From Pseudogymnoascus verrucosus (taxonomy: Eukaryota): DNA of 59,036 bases. The translations under genes and the position numbers were made by a program. Positions 25,703 through 38,700 of the stretch are shown one piece after another. The stretch's first letter is position 1. Each line of letters starts with the position of its first letter. The stretch is from NCBI GenBank assembly GCA_001662655.1, contig KV460282.1, one strand, 5' to 3'. The notes beneath the pieces are model-generated. The model was given only the letters and a program-made list of their open reading frames with translations, had not been told where the DNA came from and did not search any database.

Positions 25703-27462
25703 CTAACTCTTATATATCGCCCTCATAACCCCCCTCTCCACCCCCCCAACCACAGCCCTCACCCCCCCCTCCCCCCTCGGCACAACATGACCCTCCCCAT
25801 GCTCCACCACCACCCTCCCCTCACTAACACACGCATCCCTCAGCGCCTCCCCCGCCCCATTCAACGTCACGTAATCGCGTTTTCCGCCCCAGACGTGCGT
25901 GGTGGGGATGGAGATCCGGGCGCCGGATGCTAAAAGGGGGGTGGCGAGGGGGTAGAGAGAGCCGGAGAGGAAGATTGCTAGGTCGAAGAGGGGGGTTGGG
26001 GGGGTGGTGGAGCCGTTGGAGGAGCCGTTGGTGGTGCTGGTGCCATTGGTGCCGTTGGAGTTGGCGGATGAGTCGTTGGTGGTACCGTTGGTGGTGGAGG
26101 ATTTGATAGCAGCAGCGGAATCCTCGAGTAGTAAAAGAGCGAGCATCACGGCTCCCTGAGAGAAACCGAGACACGCATCGTAAGGGCCGTTGTCGGCGAT
26201 GTAGGTGCGGATGTCGAGGAGGCCTTGGGCGATATGGGTGTCGAGGGTGTGTGGGGGGTGCCAGGAGAGGTAGGGGGGTGGGTAGATTGCTGTTATTTCT
26301 GGTGAAAGAGTTAGTTGGAGATAAAGGAACCGTGGAGGGGAAGAAGGAGCCATGGAGAGATGGCGGGGGGAGGAAAGAGCAACATGGGGAGGGAAAGTCA
26401 GGAAGGAACGATGATGGAGGAACGGAGGGAGGGAGGGAAGGAGCGACGGGGAAACGGGGAAAATGGAAAGTGAGGAAGCAGGGAAGGAGGTAAAGACCGA
26501 GGGGGGCAGGGGAGGAAAGAGCGAAGGAGGATATAGAAAGAACTGGGAAGGAGCGGTCGCAGCTTTCTCTCGGAAGGAACGATGCACTTCTCGCGGAAGG
26601 AGCGCTTGAAAATATGCAGAGGAAAGAACGATCGTCCAAAAGCATACTTCGAAAAGGAAGGTCCAACACGATGCATATCCAAGGCGACCCAGTGTGTATC
26701 CAAAGAAGGCACGACGCCATACATCTCTCTCTCAGAAGGAAAGAGCGACCCCCATGCCATGTGCATCCAATCCGGGGAAGGACCGACCACGACAGACCCA
26801 AACTACCGGGACTACCGGGTAGCAATGCAAGGACGGAGCGAGGGACCGGGGATACTGGAGGAAGGAACGCCCGAGGAAGGAGAGAGGAGGGGGAGGGGGA
26901 GGGAGAGAAACGGAGAGGAAAAGTAGAGTAAAGAGGCCGTACCTTTGGGAGCGGGGATATCGTATTCGCCCTCTGGGAAATCGAAGGTGTGGCTGTCGCC
27001 TAGTTGTTCGCGGATTTGAGCTGGAGGGGGGGTGTTAGTAGGTGCATCTCTTTGGGCTCTGACTGTCTCCCTCTGCTGGTGGAAGGGGGGATGGCCACTC
27101 TGATGGACTGGTGAAGGGGGGCATAGGTAACGCTTACCAGTTTGCGCTTCAAAGATCTGGGGAAGTGTTAGTATGTGCTTTCCGTATCTTGCGGGGGATA
27201 TAAATGAAGCAAAAAGGGGAGGAAAGGGTATCGATGAGATAGACTGACTGAACCGGGGGTAGAGGGGAAAGGGGAAAGATGAAAGATGAAAAGAAAGAAG
27301 GGTCCAACGGGCAAAAAAGGGACCAAAGAGATAGAGAGAAAGACAGCGGTAGACAGAGTGAAATAGACAGAACGAGGGGCAATATAAAAAATGAAGATAG
27401 TAAGAAAAGGACCAACAAACATCAGCATTACACCCCAACCCATGCAAGCAGAGAAACCTCAT
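25703..27462 (-). CDS. FSH1/LovG-like serine hydrolase (DUF341), likely trans-acting polyketide release enzyme
   Basis: Spliced MRFLCLHGLGCNAD|IFEAQT|AQIREQLGDSHTFDFPEGEYDIPAPK|EITAIYPPPYLSW...GPYDACLGFSQGA...ISIPTTHVWGGKRD...HGEGHVVP; Ser-Asp-His triad present; introns ~27420-27158, 27138-27021, 26942-26300. Confidence 0.92.
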
Positions 27463-29640
27463 CTTTCCCTCCTATTTTCCCCTTCCTTTCTTTTCCTCCC
27501 TTTTTCTCTTTTCCCCTATCCTCCTATTTCCCCTCCTTTCCCCAATAATTCCACCGACTCCTTTTCCCTCCCCTCAAAAAATACGAACGTCGTACTCTCT
27601 GATACTCGGAATCCCCGGAGCACGTGTCCCCCCTCTCTATCTCCCACGACGGACGGCCCGACTCTCGGATCCTCGGCACTTCTCTCGCCGGTACGTTGGT
27701 CGTCGATCGGATAGAGCGTTATGCACAGTATATAGTATGTACGTATGAGGGATATATACGACTTATACACCGTGGTAATAAAATACAGCCCGGATGGATC
27801 GCCTCTGCGTCGTTCGTTGGGGGAAGGAAAATAGGGTATAGATAACGTGCATAAGCACTCTAGTGATGAAATGTCACCTGCCTCCCCTCCCTCCCCTCTG
27901 TTGTATCAAAAAATCGCCGTAGCGTGTACACCCACCCAGCAGTACCTGGTTTTTTGCGCCATACTACAGTGAGATACGTAGTACCCCACCGAGAGTCCAG
28001 AGCGGTATCGTAGAGTGGGGTAACCACCCTCTCCAGTACAGTCTACAGTCTACAGGGACAAGGGCAAACTCTTAGCGCGCAACCACAGCCTTGGCGCGCG
28101 TTTCTCTTGGCGTCCGTTGGTCGGTTCGGCGTTAGGCGACCTACCGACATCTATCTATCCATCCATCCTTCCCATCCATGCATGCATCATTTCCATGGGG
28201 TGTGGTTCGGGGTTAGGGGTAGAAAGAACACGTACAAGCCCCCCCCCTAACCCTAGGGAAGGAAGGAGCATTAAGGCCCTCGGGACGTCGCCGTGGGTAC
28301 GGCGTTTGGGTCGCCGGTCTGGGGCGATGGATGGAGGGATGTGCAACTACACCCCATGCATCAGGTAGGCGTGCATGGGGAGGATTGGGGTGGGTGGTGG
28401 TGGTGTGTAGGGGAGATGGGGGGTAGGGGGGTACGTACGTACGTAGGGAAGGGGAAAGGAGAATTCCGTTCGGTGATGTCTCCGTCGGTGATGGGCCCTG
28501 TTTGGATGGCCCCGTTCGGTGATTGATACGAACACCGTTTGTTCAACATGCGAAGTTCCTTGCTATTCTCCGGTGTGTTTGTGTTCTTGGGGTATGTGGT
28601 ATGGTATGGATACGTGGTATGGGGTTGGGTATGGGGTTGGGTATGCGAACTCAACTCAACTCCGCGGCATACTTTACGATACGGATGATATGCGAACTCC
28701 GATACCTGCGTCCAGCATACCCCATGAACTGCCGTCCCTTGCTTGAGGGTTACGTACGCGCATACCCATGCCGTACATGGGATCTCGGATGTGAGGGAAG
28801 CATATGCTGTGGGTGGACGAGGATGAGGACGTGGATAGTGATGTGGACGTGGATAGGGATAGGGGTGTTACGCCGGCGCCGGTACAGTGGTTGAGGATTG
28901 CTTGGTAAGGTGTGATGGCGTGGTGATTGTGCAGGACTGCTGTGGTGTGATACCGTGTTAACTGTGCAGCAGTGCTATGGTAGTGGTGTTGGGGTTGATG
29001 ATGTGGTAGAGGTGGTGATTCGGGGATACGCTGGTATGATAGAGCCGATGCCGTGGTAAGCTGCTTCGTGGATAGTATTATCGCATGCTGTGATACCGCG
29101 CTTGAAGAAGCCAGTCTCGTTGCCATGCGCTGCGGTTGTATCATCATGACAGTGCAGCTCGCCGACCCGACGGCTGCTGTGCTGTTATTGTTCGGGAGTA
29201 TGTGGTGGTATGGTATTACAAACGGCTACTATGCTGTGCTATGCTGTCATCCCAACCACGCTTAGTATCACATCACACAATGTATCACCACCATCTTGCA
29301 CACTGTCGATTCGATCTGCCGCCTCCCTTCCCTCCCTCATCTCATACAAGCATCTCTTGTGCGATATACTAGAAAGAACATCGGACAGCCCGGCCAACCA
29401 CGTGCTCCCGTCCGTGTATCCCCTGATCAGCGTAGCATCGGATCGTAAACTCCATAATAGATGGACAGTAGAGTGCGCAGGGGGGATCCATGTCTCACCG
29501 GCGTGGCGAGCGCGTGGTGTGAGATTAGTATGGTGCTGTATAGTGGTGGGTTTTCGGTCGGTGGTGGTGTATAGTGGTGGATTCTCGGTCGGTGGTGGCG
29601 ATGATGATGATGGACGGCATGGGGGTATGGGGGTGCAGTA

Positions 29641-29700
29641 GTGGTGTTAGTAGTGTTAGTAGTGCTAGAAGGGTTAGTAGGGTTAGTAGTGTTAGAAGTG
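29641..29700 (+). repeat. 9-bp tandem repeat (G[T/G]GTTAG[T/A]A)
   Basis: gtgttagta gtgttagta gtgctagaa gggttagta gggttagta gtgttagaa. Confidence 0.75.
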
Positions 29701-30129
29701 GTGTTGGTAATTCTAGAAGAAATCGCCATACGGACTCCTGTATGGAGTTTATGGAGTTCCGGAGGGGGGGACATGACTCTGCGGGGAGATTGGCGTAATA
29801 TCGTGGATATCCACTGTATTATACTAGATTAGTATTGTATTCGAGAAAGTGAGTGCGACTGAGTAATCACTCAACGGGTAGTGGCTGGCGGGATCAGTAT
29901 GGGGGTCAGTTTATTACGATATGACAATGGGACGGCACGAATGGTTCTCCCGATGCCGATCGAGATGCCGTCTGTCAGTCGTCGGGGGTGGTGGGTGGTC
30001 TATCTGTCTGTCTAATTATCCCATTGGAAGGTTGATATTTGTGCACCTGTGCACTCTCTGGTGAAGGTGAAGGTGAAGGTGAAGTGTGGTAAGGGGGATG
30101 TATGGTAGATACTCTGTGTATAGAAGTGT

Positions 30130-30265
30130 AGCAGCCACACAGCTATACAGCCATACATCACCACTACCATACATCACCACAGCCTTTCTACCATACTACC
30201 ATACTACCATACTACCATACAGCAATACAGCAATACAGCAATACCACTACCATACAGCCATACAA
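30130..30265 (+). repeat. 8-bp degenerate tandem repeats (TACCATAC / CAGCAATA)
   Basis: taccatac x4 followed by agcaatac x3, with degenerate flanking units. Confidence 0.75.
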
Positions 30266-31561
30266 CACCACCTCCTACCTCAAAAACCAACAAAACCAAC
30301 AATGCAAATACCACCAACAATATCATACATATCACACATATCATACACACAAATCTGACACATACATGCAGATCGACGCACAGGGCATCCATCAGACGAC
30401 AACGCGTTTCGCCATCATACTTTTATGGATGATGGCGAAACGCGACTCGTCATATTTCTACAGCTACAACAGCTATCCAGCCACCTTCAACGGGAACTGT
30501 GCCGCACCCGTGCCGTGTTGTGCCTGTGCCCGTGCCCGTGCGTTGCCCGTGCCGTTTTTCAGGAGAAAATAGGGAAAAACAAAAGAAAAGGCTGCATAGT
30601 ACAGTGCAGTACAGTATAGTATGGTAGCATACAAAGATGAAGCTATATAGAAATCGACACGACGATATTTGATACTGTATAACTAGCCTGTATAAATAAG
30701 CTGTATAATTACTATAATTACTCTGTATAATTTACCCTGTATAACCAATAACCAGCATAAACCAACTACCGCAACCCATCTGACCAAACAACCAACCTCG
30801 GCTACCGGGGGGCATCATCAACCCTAAACCCTAATAGTACCATGCTAACTCCACTTCCACCAACGTACCTCTACATGCCGTGCTACATGCACATGCATCG
30901 CCCTGTACCTGAACTCCGTCCCAAACTACCACAAACCTACCCTACCAATCGTGCCAGGCACATGCAGATGCAAGTACCGGAGGCATAGTCAACTACCACA
31001 CTAACTACCACCACCTTCCCCTTCTTCGCTTAGCTTTATTTCGCTTCTTAGTCTGCTTTTCTTTTCCCCTTGCCCCCCATCCCATCTCATCCCCTCCTAT
31101 CCCTTTTCACAATTCTTCATTTCCCCCCATCCCATCCCGTCATCATTTGCTTCATTATTCTTCGATTCTCTATTCGCCCTTAACTCTCCGCGTTTCATGC
31201 ATTATACTCTGTATATACTGCAACCCTACACTTACATACTACACATCTGTACATACTTTCTCTCTTCTAGAAAACCCCATCTAGAAACACTGCACATAAT
31301 ACCAATTCCCCCAATTCAATAACCCCCTTCTTCAAATCCAAATCAATCCCCTTCTCTTCTTCAAAGTCTCCACAATTGAACCCTCCCGAAGAAAACCCAC
31401 TCCCTACTCCCAAGAAATCTCCAAAATCATCCCGACCCCCCCGCCGCCCGCAACCGCGACGCCACGGAAGACCGCAGGTCCTACCCGTTCTCGGACATAC
31501 CTCCCCCTTTGGATAGTTCAACTCCACCGAAAACGTGCTCCACCACCACCCACCACCACAC

Positions 31562-31584
31562 GAGAGAGAGAGAGAGAGAGAGAG
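31562..31584 (+). repeat. (GA)n microsatellite upstream of the PKS
   Basis: About 11 perfect GA units. Confidence 0.9.
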
Positions 31585-32058
31585 GGTTACGAGGAGGAAA
31601 CACAGACAGAGAGAGAGACGGAGAGAGTGTGTACCTGGTACTAGGGTCGTCGTCCATGTCCATGGTACAGTACTTACTACTCCATCGCCACTTACTCTCC
31701 TTCAATATCCATTATTTCTCGCCGCTAACAACCTCCCCATACCTAACTCTACCTACTCTCTCGACATACATACGACTTGTGCTCTCGCCTCTGCGTTCTC
31801 CGTTCCCTGGCTGGCTGGACTGACACTCGACTGGACTGGACTGGATTGCTGGAACGAACTCCTGCACCTCTGGACCGGCCTGGTCGCCTTTCTTTTTTCT
31901 TTTCTTACCTGACCCATCACATCACTCTGCCCCTCGAGTACTCCCGTACTTTCCCCGGTCCGTCCCCACTACCACCACCGCCCGCCATCGTGCTGCAGAT
32001 ACCGACAATCCCGTCACTCTACGCGTGTGAGCAGTCCCATGTCGTTCCATTCCTGTAC

Positions 32059-32160
32059 ATACCAAGCCATACCAAGCCATCCTATTCCAAACTATACCAA
32101 GCAATACCAGCCATACCAAGCCGGTCCAGCGCCATCCATCCCAACCATACCAAGCCATCA
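32059..32160 (+). repeat. Degenerate 10-bp repeat ATACCAAGCC
   Basis: About six exact or near-exact copies in the region upstream of the PKS. Confidence 0.75.
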
Positions 32161-32717
32161 TCCCATCCCGTACCAGGCCAAATCCAATCCCAAAGTCCCC
32201 AAAGCCTCCACTGTACCTAGCCGCGCACGCACGTCTCTGGCTGCCACTCCACTGCAAAAAATCACTCCTCGACGTTCCGCCGGACCCCCCCGTCGCCCAG
32301 CCCAAGAAAACCACCAAGGTCCACCTCGTCCAGCCCAGCCCAGCAGCCCACGCCCTCCCCACGCACCTCCCTCCCTCCCGCAGATAAGATCATCGCTGTC
32401 TCGCCTCTCCCACCGAACAGACGGCCTCCCCTTCGACGACACTCGAGAGAAACACGCCCTCAAAGCATGTTTCCTTCCCCGCATTGCTGCCATTCCTCCA
32501 CCGACACTCTCTCGACTACCACGACAACGACGACTACATCCTCGACTACACAGGCACCTGCGGAATTACACATAACCTCCCCCACCACGATCCCCCGAAT
32601 CCCGGATCCCCGCCTCCCCGCCGCTGCCTGATGGCAACGCCATAGACGCCTCATACTCTCTCTCCTCCCCACCGACATCCGGATAGAGCTCACGCTCTCC
32701 CATACACAACCGCGGCC

Positions 32718-35700
32718 ATGCCCGCCCTGACATCCGCGCACCCCTCCCTCCGCGCCCTCGCCCTCGATGTCGAAGCCGCCCTCGCCTCCCTCTCACAGCG
32801 CCTCGATTCGCGCCTCGACCTGCTGGAAGCGCGCTCCCTTGGGGGCCTCGCGAGCACCGATACCAGCGCCTTCACCTCTTCCCCCCGGCCTATACACCGC
32901 CGGCCCGTCCTACCATATGCCCCCGATACGCCCCCGCTGAGCGCGCCGCTGCGCGAGGAGACACTGCTAGAGGATGAGCAGCAGCGCCGGGTAGCGGAGG
33001 TGCTGACGCCTGGGTCCTCTGTGAATGAGGGCGCGGGGGGCAGCGTGCAGGAGGGGGAAGGCGAGGATAAGAGCATGCCCATTGCCATTGTGGGAATGGG
33101 ATGTAGGTTTCCGCAGGAGGCGACGAGCCCGGAAAAGCTATGGGAGATGTTGTATAATAAGAGGCATGCGAGGACGGAGGTTCCGAAAGATCGGTTTAAT
33201 GTTGAGTCGTTTTATCATCCGGATGCTGACCGGAGTGGTTCTGTAAGTTTTTTTGATATATATATATTTTTTCTCATGATATGCGGACTAACGGGTGATA
33301 GATGAACCTAAAAGGTGGGCATTACCTAAAAGAAGATATTGCAACGTTTGATGCGCGCTTCTTCTCCATATCTCCCGCTGAGGCGAAGAGTATGGACCCC
33401 ATGCAGCGGATTCTGCTAGAGGTCGTTTATGAGGCTATGGAGAACGCCGGGATTACGCTGGCGGATCTTGACGGCTCTGATACGGGGTGTTATGTCGGGT
33501 GCTTTACGGATGATTATGACGGCCTTTTGAAGCGTGACATGGAGCTGTCACCGAAATACCACTCTGTGGGAATTGTGCCCGCTATTCTCTCTAACCGCAT
33601 TTCCTTTTGTTTTAATCTGAAGGGTCCCTCTCTGACGGTCGACACTGCCTGCTCTAGTAGTTTAGTCGCCGTCCACCTGGCCTGCCAATCCCTACGGGCA
33701 GGCGAATCCCGCGTGGCTATTGTGGGAGCAACCAATGCTCTCATCAACCCCGAAATCCACGTGGGAATGAGCAACATGCACTTCCTCTCCCCAGACTCGA
33801 CATGTTTCACCTTCGACGAGCGCGCGAACGGTTACGCACGTGGCGAGGGTATGGCTGCTTTAATATTAAAACCCCTGGATGCGGCGCTCAGAGACGGAGA
33901 TACCATCCGTGCTGTCATCCGTGGTACAGCGTCGAACCAGGACGGTAAGACGGCTGGTATGACGCTCCCCTCGAAGGAGGCACAGGCGGAGCTCATCCAG
34001 ACCGCTTACGAGCAAGCTGGCTGCGATCCCGCAGCTACTGGCTACTTCGAGGCTCACGGCACAGGAACAGCGGCTGGAGATCCCATCGAGGCATCTGCGA
34101 TCGGAGCGACGCTCGGGAAGTTCCGCGGGCCGGGCGAGGAGGGGAAGCTCTTCGTCGGCAGCGTGAAGACGAATATCGGGCATCTCGAAGGCGCGAGTGG
34201 ACTTGCTGGCCTGATCAAGGCGGTGCTGAGTCTGGAGCGCGGAGTGGTGTTGCCGAACTTGTGGTTCGAGAATGGCAATCCCGCGATTGACTTCGAGGGG
34301 TGGCGCATCAAGGTCCCTACGGAGCCGACGGCGTGGCCGACGGAGGGGTTGAGGCGAGCGAGTATCAACTCGTTTGGTTTTGGTGGGACGAATTGTCATG
34401 CTATTATCGATGATGCGTACCATTACCTGCAGAGTCGCGGGTTGAAGGGGAATCATACTACGTCTCCTAGGTCGCTGCTTGGGGAGGGGATGCAGCGACC
34501 GATGTTGCTGGGTCAGGGGAGGAAGTTTGAAGAGATCGTGGAGGAGGATGCGATTCTGTCTTCTGCCTCGGTCCTGGCGCGGCCGCGTATTTTTAAAGTC
34601 TCTGCTAATGAGGAGAAACTCGCTGTTACGCTGGCGAATAGTTTTGCGGAGCATCTCGCTACAATTCCTACGAATACTACTGATACGGCTTACCTTGATA
34701 ACCTCGCCTACACACTACACACTCGCCGTACGACCTTACCTTGGACTGTTGCAGTCGTCGCATCGTCTATCGCCGAGCTGGCTACTAAGCTCGAGGCACC
34801 CGGTCTCAAACCCATCCGCCGCGCGGCGGAGACGCCAAAGCTAGGCTTCGTCTTCACAGGCCAAGGCGCACAATGGGCCGGCATGGGGCGCGAGCTCCTC
34901 GCCTATCCAGTTTTCAAAGACGTCGTAATGAAAGCCGACGGCATCCTCGCCTCCCTCGGCGCCCGCTGGTCCCTTCTCACCGAGCTTTCCAAGCCCGAAT
35001 CCGAGTCTCGCATCAACGAAGCCGCCATCAGCCAGCCGCTGTGCACTGCTCTCCAGATCGCGCTAGCGGATCTGCTGAGCTCGTGGGGCGTGCATCCCGC
35101 GCGCGTTGTGGGACATTCGAGCGGTGAGATCGCGGCTGCGTATGCGATTGGTGCGTTATCCCTTAGGGGGGCGCTGCAGGTCGCGTATTTCCGCGGTGTG
35201 CACTCGTCGAGGGTTTCTTCGCTGGGGCTGCGTGGGGCGATGATGGCGGTTGGTCTTGATGAGACTGCTGCGAGGGGGTACGTGGAGAGTGTTGATGCGG
35301 CGTTTGGACGCGTAGTGGTTGCTTGTATTAATAGCCCGAGGAGTGTCACTGTTTCTGGTGACGAGTCTGCGATTGAAGCGCTGAAGCGCAGATTAGATGC
35401 CGATGGTGTGTTTGCGAGGAAACTTATGGTGGACACGGCATACCACTCGCATCACATGCATTCCATCGCCGCAGCCTACCGCGCAGACCTCGCGAACCTC
35501 GCCGTCACCCCTCCCGGCCAGCGCTGGCCCATCGAGATGATCTCCTCTGTAACCTCCCGCTCCGCTGCCGACGAAGCACTAGACGCCGACTACTGGGTCC
35601 GCAACATGGTGTCACCCGTTCAATTCTCCTCCGCCCTCGCACACCTCTGCACCCCCGAACCCAAGGGAAAGAAGAAGGGCCAGCGTCGCGCCCGTGGCGG

Positions 35701-38700
35701 CGCTGTTAATATCCTCGTCGAGCTGGGTCCGCATGCTGCGTTGGGTGGGCCGGTGAAGCAGATCTTGACTGCGTCGACGAGTTTAAGTAAGGCGGGGATC
35801 ACGTACCTACCTGCGCTGCTGAGGAATAAAGATGGTGCGGAGACGATGCTCGCGCTCGCTGCGTCGCTGTCTGCGTCAGGACACGGTGCCGACGTGCATA
35901 CGGCTAATTTCCCGTCGCCCCTGCCGCAGCCCCTCGCGACGCTGCCGGATCTGCCGAGTTATGCCTGGAACCACAGTACGCGGTACTGGTCCGAGTCGCG
36001 ACTGTCGCTGGACTACAGGCTGCGCCCGTTCCCGAGGACGGATGTGCTCGGTGCGCAGTCGACGGATTGGAATCCTACGGAGCCGATGTGGAGGAATTTC
36101 GTGAGGTTGTCGGAATTGCCGTGGTTGAAGCATCATCAGGTGCAGGATACGGTTATTTACCCCGCGGCGGGATACGTGTGTATGGCTCTTGAGGCTGCGG
36201 CGCAGGTTTTGTCTGTTACGGCGCTGCCTCCTGGACGCATGGTGCGCGGGTTCACGGTGAGGGATCTGGCGATCTCGAGGGCGCTTGTGGTGCCGCAGAG
36301 TGAGGAGGGGGTGGAGACGGTGTTTAGCATGCGTCCGCTTCCCGATAGTACGACTGTGAGCTCCGCTGCGTGGAGGGAGTTTAGGGTGTTCTCCTACGGA
36401 GAGGGCGGATGGGCAGAGCATTGTAGGGGTGTAGTGGGTGTTGATTTCGCCCCTGCTTCTGCTGCTGTTGCTGCCGCTACTGGTCATGCTCCGGTGTCTA
36501 TCGCGGAGATGGTCGGCGCTGATGAGTTTGAAGAGGGAGAGCGCGCGGCGAGGGCGGAGATGGAGAAGGCGGTGCGGGTGTGTGGACGGAAGGGTGATGT
36601 GGGGGGTATGTACGACGCTCTTGCTGCGGGGGGGTTGTGGTACGGTCCTTCGTTCAGGGTTATCACATCTGTTGCCACTGGCGGCGGGATGGCAGTCGGT
36701 CGCGTGGCGGTGCCGGATACCAGGTCCACGATGCCGATGGAGTTTGAGTACCCGAGCCTCGTGCACCCAGCGACACTGGATGGATTCATCCAGATGATCA
36801 TCCCCGCCCTCTCCCAGGGCGACCTGGGCAGTGCGGTCCACGAGCCCTTCGTGCCGACCTTCATTGAGGAGTTAACCTTCGCCAGCACCATCGCGAGTCA
36901 AGCCGGCTACGAGTTCCGGGCCTGCGCCAAGGCGGCGTTCAAGGGCGTGCGCGAGGCGGTGGCTGGGATTACGGTGTTTGATCCCCTGGGTGGAGAGGCC
37001 GTGGTCAAGATTAAGGGGATGAAGTGTACGGCTATTAGTGGCGGTGGTCCCGTGGATGTGGTAAGGAAACATTGCGGGACTGCCGTGTGGGAGCCGGATG
37101 TGGATTTACTCGGCGATCTGCAGATGCTGCGTGTCCTCCGCGGAGCAGCTGTTCGCGCTGCTTCACCTGGTGTTGCGGGACGTGAAGACGTGGAGGTCGT
37201 AGCGTGGTGGTTCTGCGACGCTGCGCTCCGCGATGTGAAGGAGGTGGAGGTGAGCTCGGAGAGGAGAGAACTATACGAGTTCCTCCTCCACCAGCGCGAG
37301 GTTGTGCGCGTAGGAAGAGCAGAGTACCAGACTCCCCTCTGGGAAGCACTCGAGGACTTCGCCACGCAAGAGCGCGTGCATAACCTCATTGCTGATTTCT
37401 CCACCTCTGGCGACGCGGAGGCGAGACTCCTCGTGCGCATGGGCATGGCGCTCCCTGGTGTGCTTCGTGGAGAGATCGACCCAGATGTCTTCAGGCAGGA
37501 GAGCGGGGTGGTGAGCGATTACTTCGCTACCGCGATGGGGGTGCCGCATACGTTTGCTGCGATGCAGAGGTACCTCACGATGCTGGCGCACAAGTATCCC
37601 GATCTGGAGTACCTCGAGCTCGGCGCTGGGACGGGGGATGCGACGCGCCACGTCCTGGATGCGCTGGATGGGTGTGCGAAGTACAGGTATCCTAAGGTCA
37701 AGGCGTATACGTATTCTGATCCCTCCGACGCGACGTTCGCTGCTACCACGAAGGCGTTTGAGAAGTGGGGAAGCCTGTTTGAAACTCGCGTCTTGGATAT
37801 CGCGGGGGATATCGGCGCGCAGGGCTTTGCGGGACGGCAATTCGATGTTGTCATCGCCGCGAACTCGCTTGGTGACGAGGCGATTGATGTGGAAGTTGCG
37901 CTTGCCAATGTGAGAGCGCTGCTGAAACCGGGGGGGAAACTGATTCTGCTCGAGGCGACGCATCTTCATCTCTCTGCGGCGGTTATACTGACAAGACCGA
38001 CACCGCCGTTGCAGGAGCATCAGTGGGAGGATGTGCTGAGTAGGCATGGCTTTGGGGCGCTTGAGGCGAGCGTACCGGATGTGTTGGATTCGAGGGCGCA
38101 TGTTACGAGCGTTATGGTCGCGTCGGTTCTGAAGCCTGATGCTAACGTCGCTACCCTCGGTCTTCCCCTCTCTCTGCACGTCATCCTCGTCGCGCCTTAC
38201 GGCGGCGGTGCCGCAGCGGCTGAGCTGCTCGACTCGACCTGTTCTGCGTTGGGGGGCCACGGAATCGGGGTGGAAATCGTATCGTTCACTGGCCTAGCGA
38301 GGACGGAGTTGACGGGGAAGATTGTCATCTGTCTCGCCGAGCTGGATGCGAGTGTGCTTGCTGAGGTGCTGCCGGCGGATTTCGCGCAGTTGCAGAGGCT
38401 GACGAGTGAGCCTGTCGGGCTGTTGTGGATTACGCGCGGTAGTATCGCGGGGAGGAGTAGTAAGCCTGAACTCTCCATCTTCCAGGGCCTAGCGAGGAGT
38501 CTGCGGGCTGAGCAAGAGGTGTTCCCCTGCGTCACTGTCGATTTGGACGCCGATTACAGACTCCCTGCTGATCAGGTCGTTGATCTCCTCTTTGGGGTCT
38601 TCAGACAGACGTTCGTGCGCGGACAGGCCGCGGCGGTGAATGATCGCGAGTTTGCGGAGAGGAATGGCATATTGCATGTCAAGCGCATGGTGGAGGATGA

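Noticed and set aside
26401..26870. Repeat-spacer appearance suggestive of CRISPR
   Set aside because: Eukaryotic intron; repeats only 10 bp and irregularly spaced; no cas genes.
26300..27420. Possible nested introns (stwintrons) in the long hydrolase introns
   Set aside because: Single GT..AG splicing already restores the frame; no interrupted donor found.
28205..30835. Scattered TTAGGG/CCCTAA-like words
   Set aside because: At most one or two imperfect units each; not an interstitial telomere array.
21800..32460. ORFs in the long intergenic tracts and in hydrolase introns (e.g. 23305-23754, 25824-26825, 26582-26926, 32027-32575)
   Set aside because: Translations mirror low-complexity repeats (P/S/H/T or G/V/W rich), with no recognisable family.
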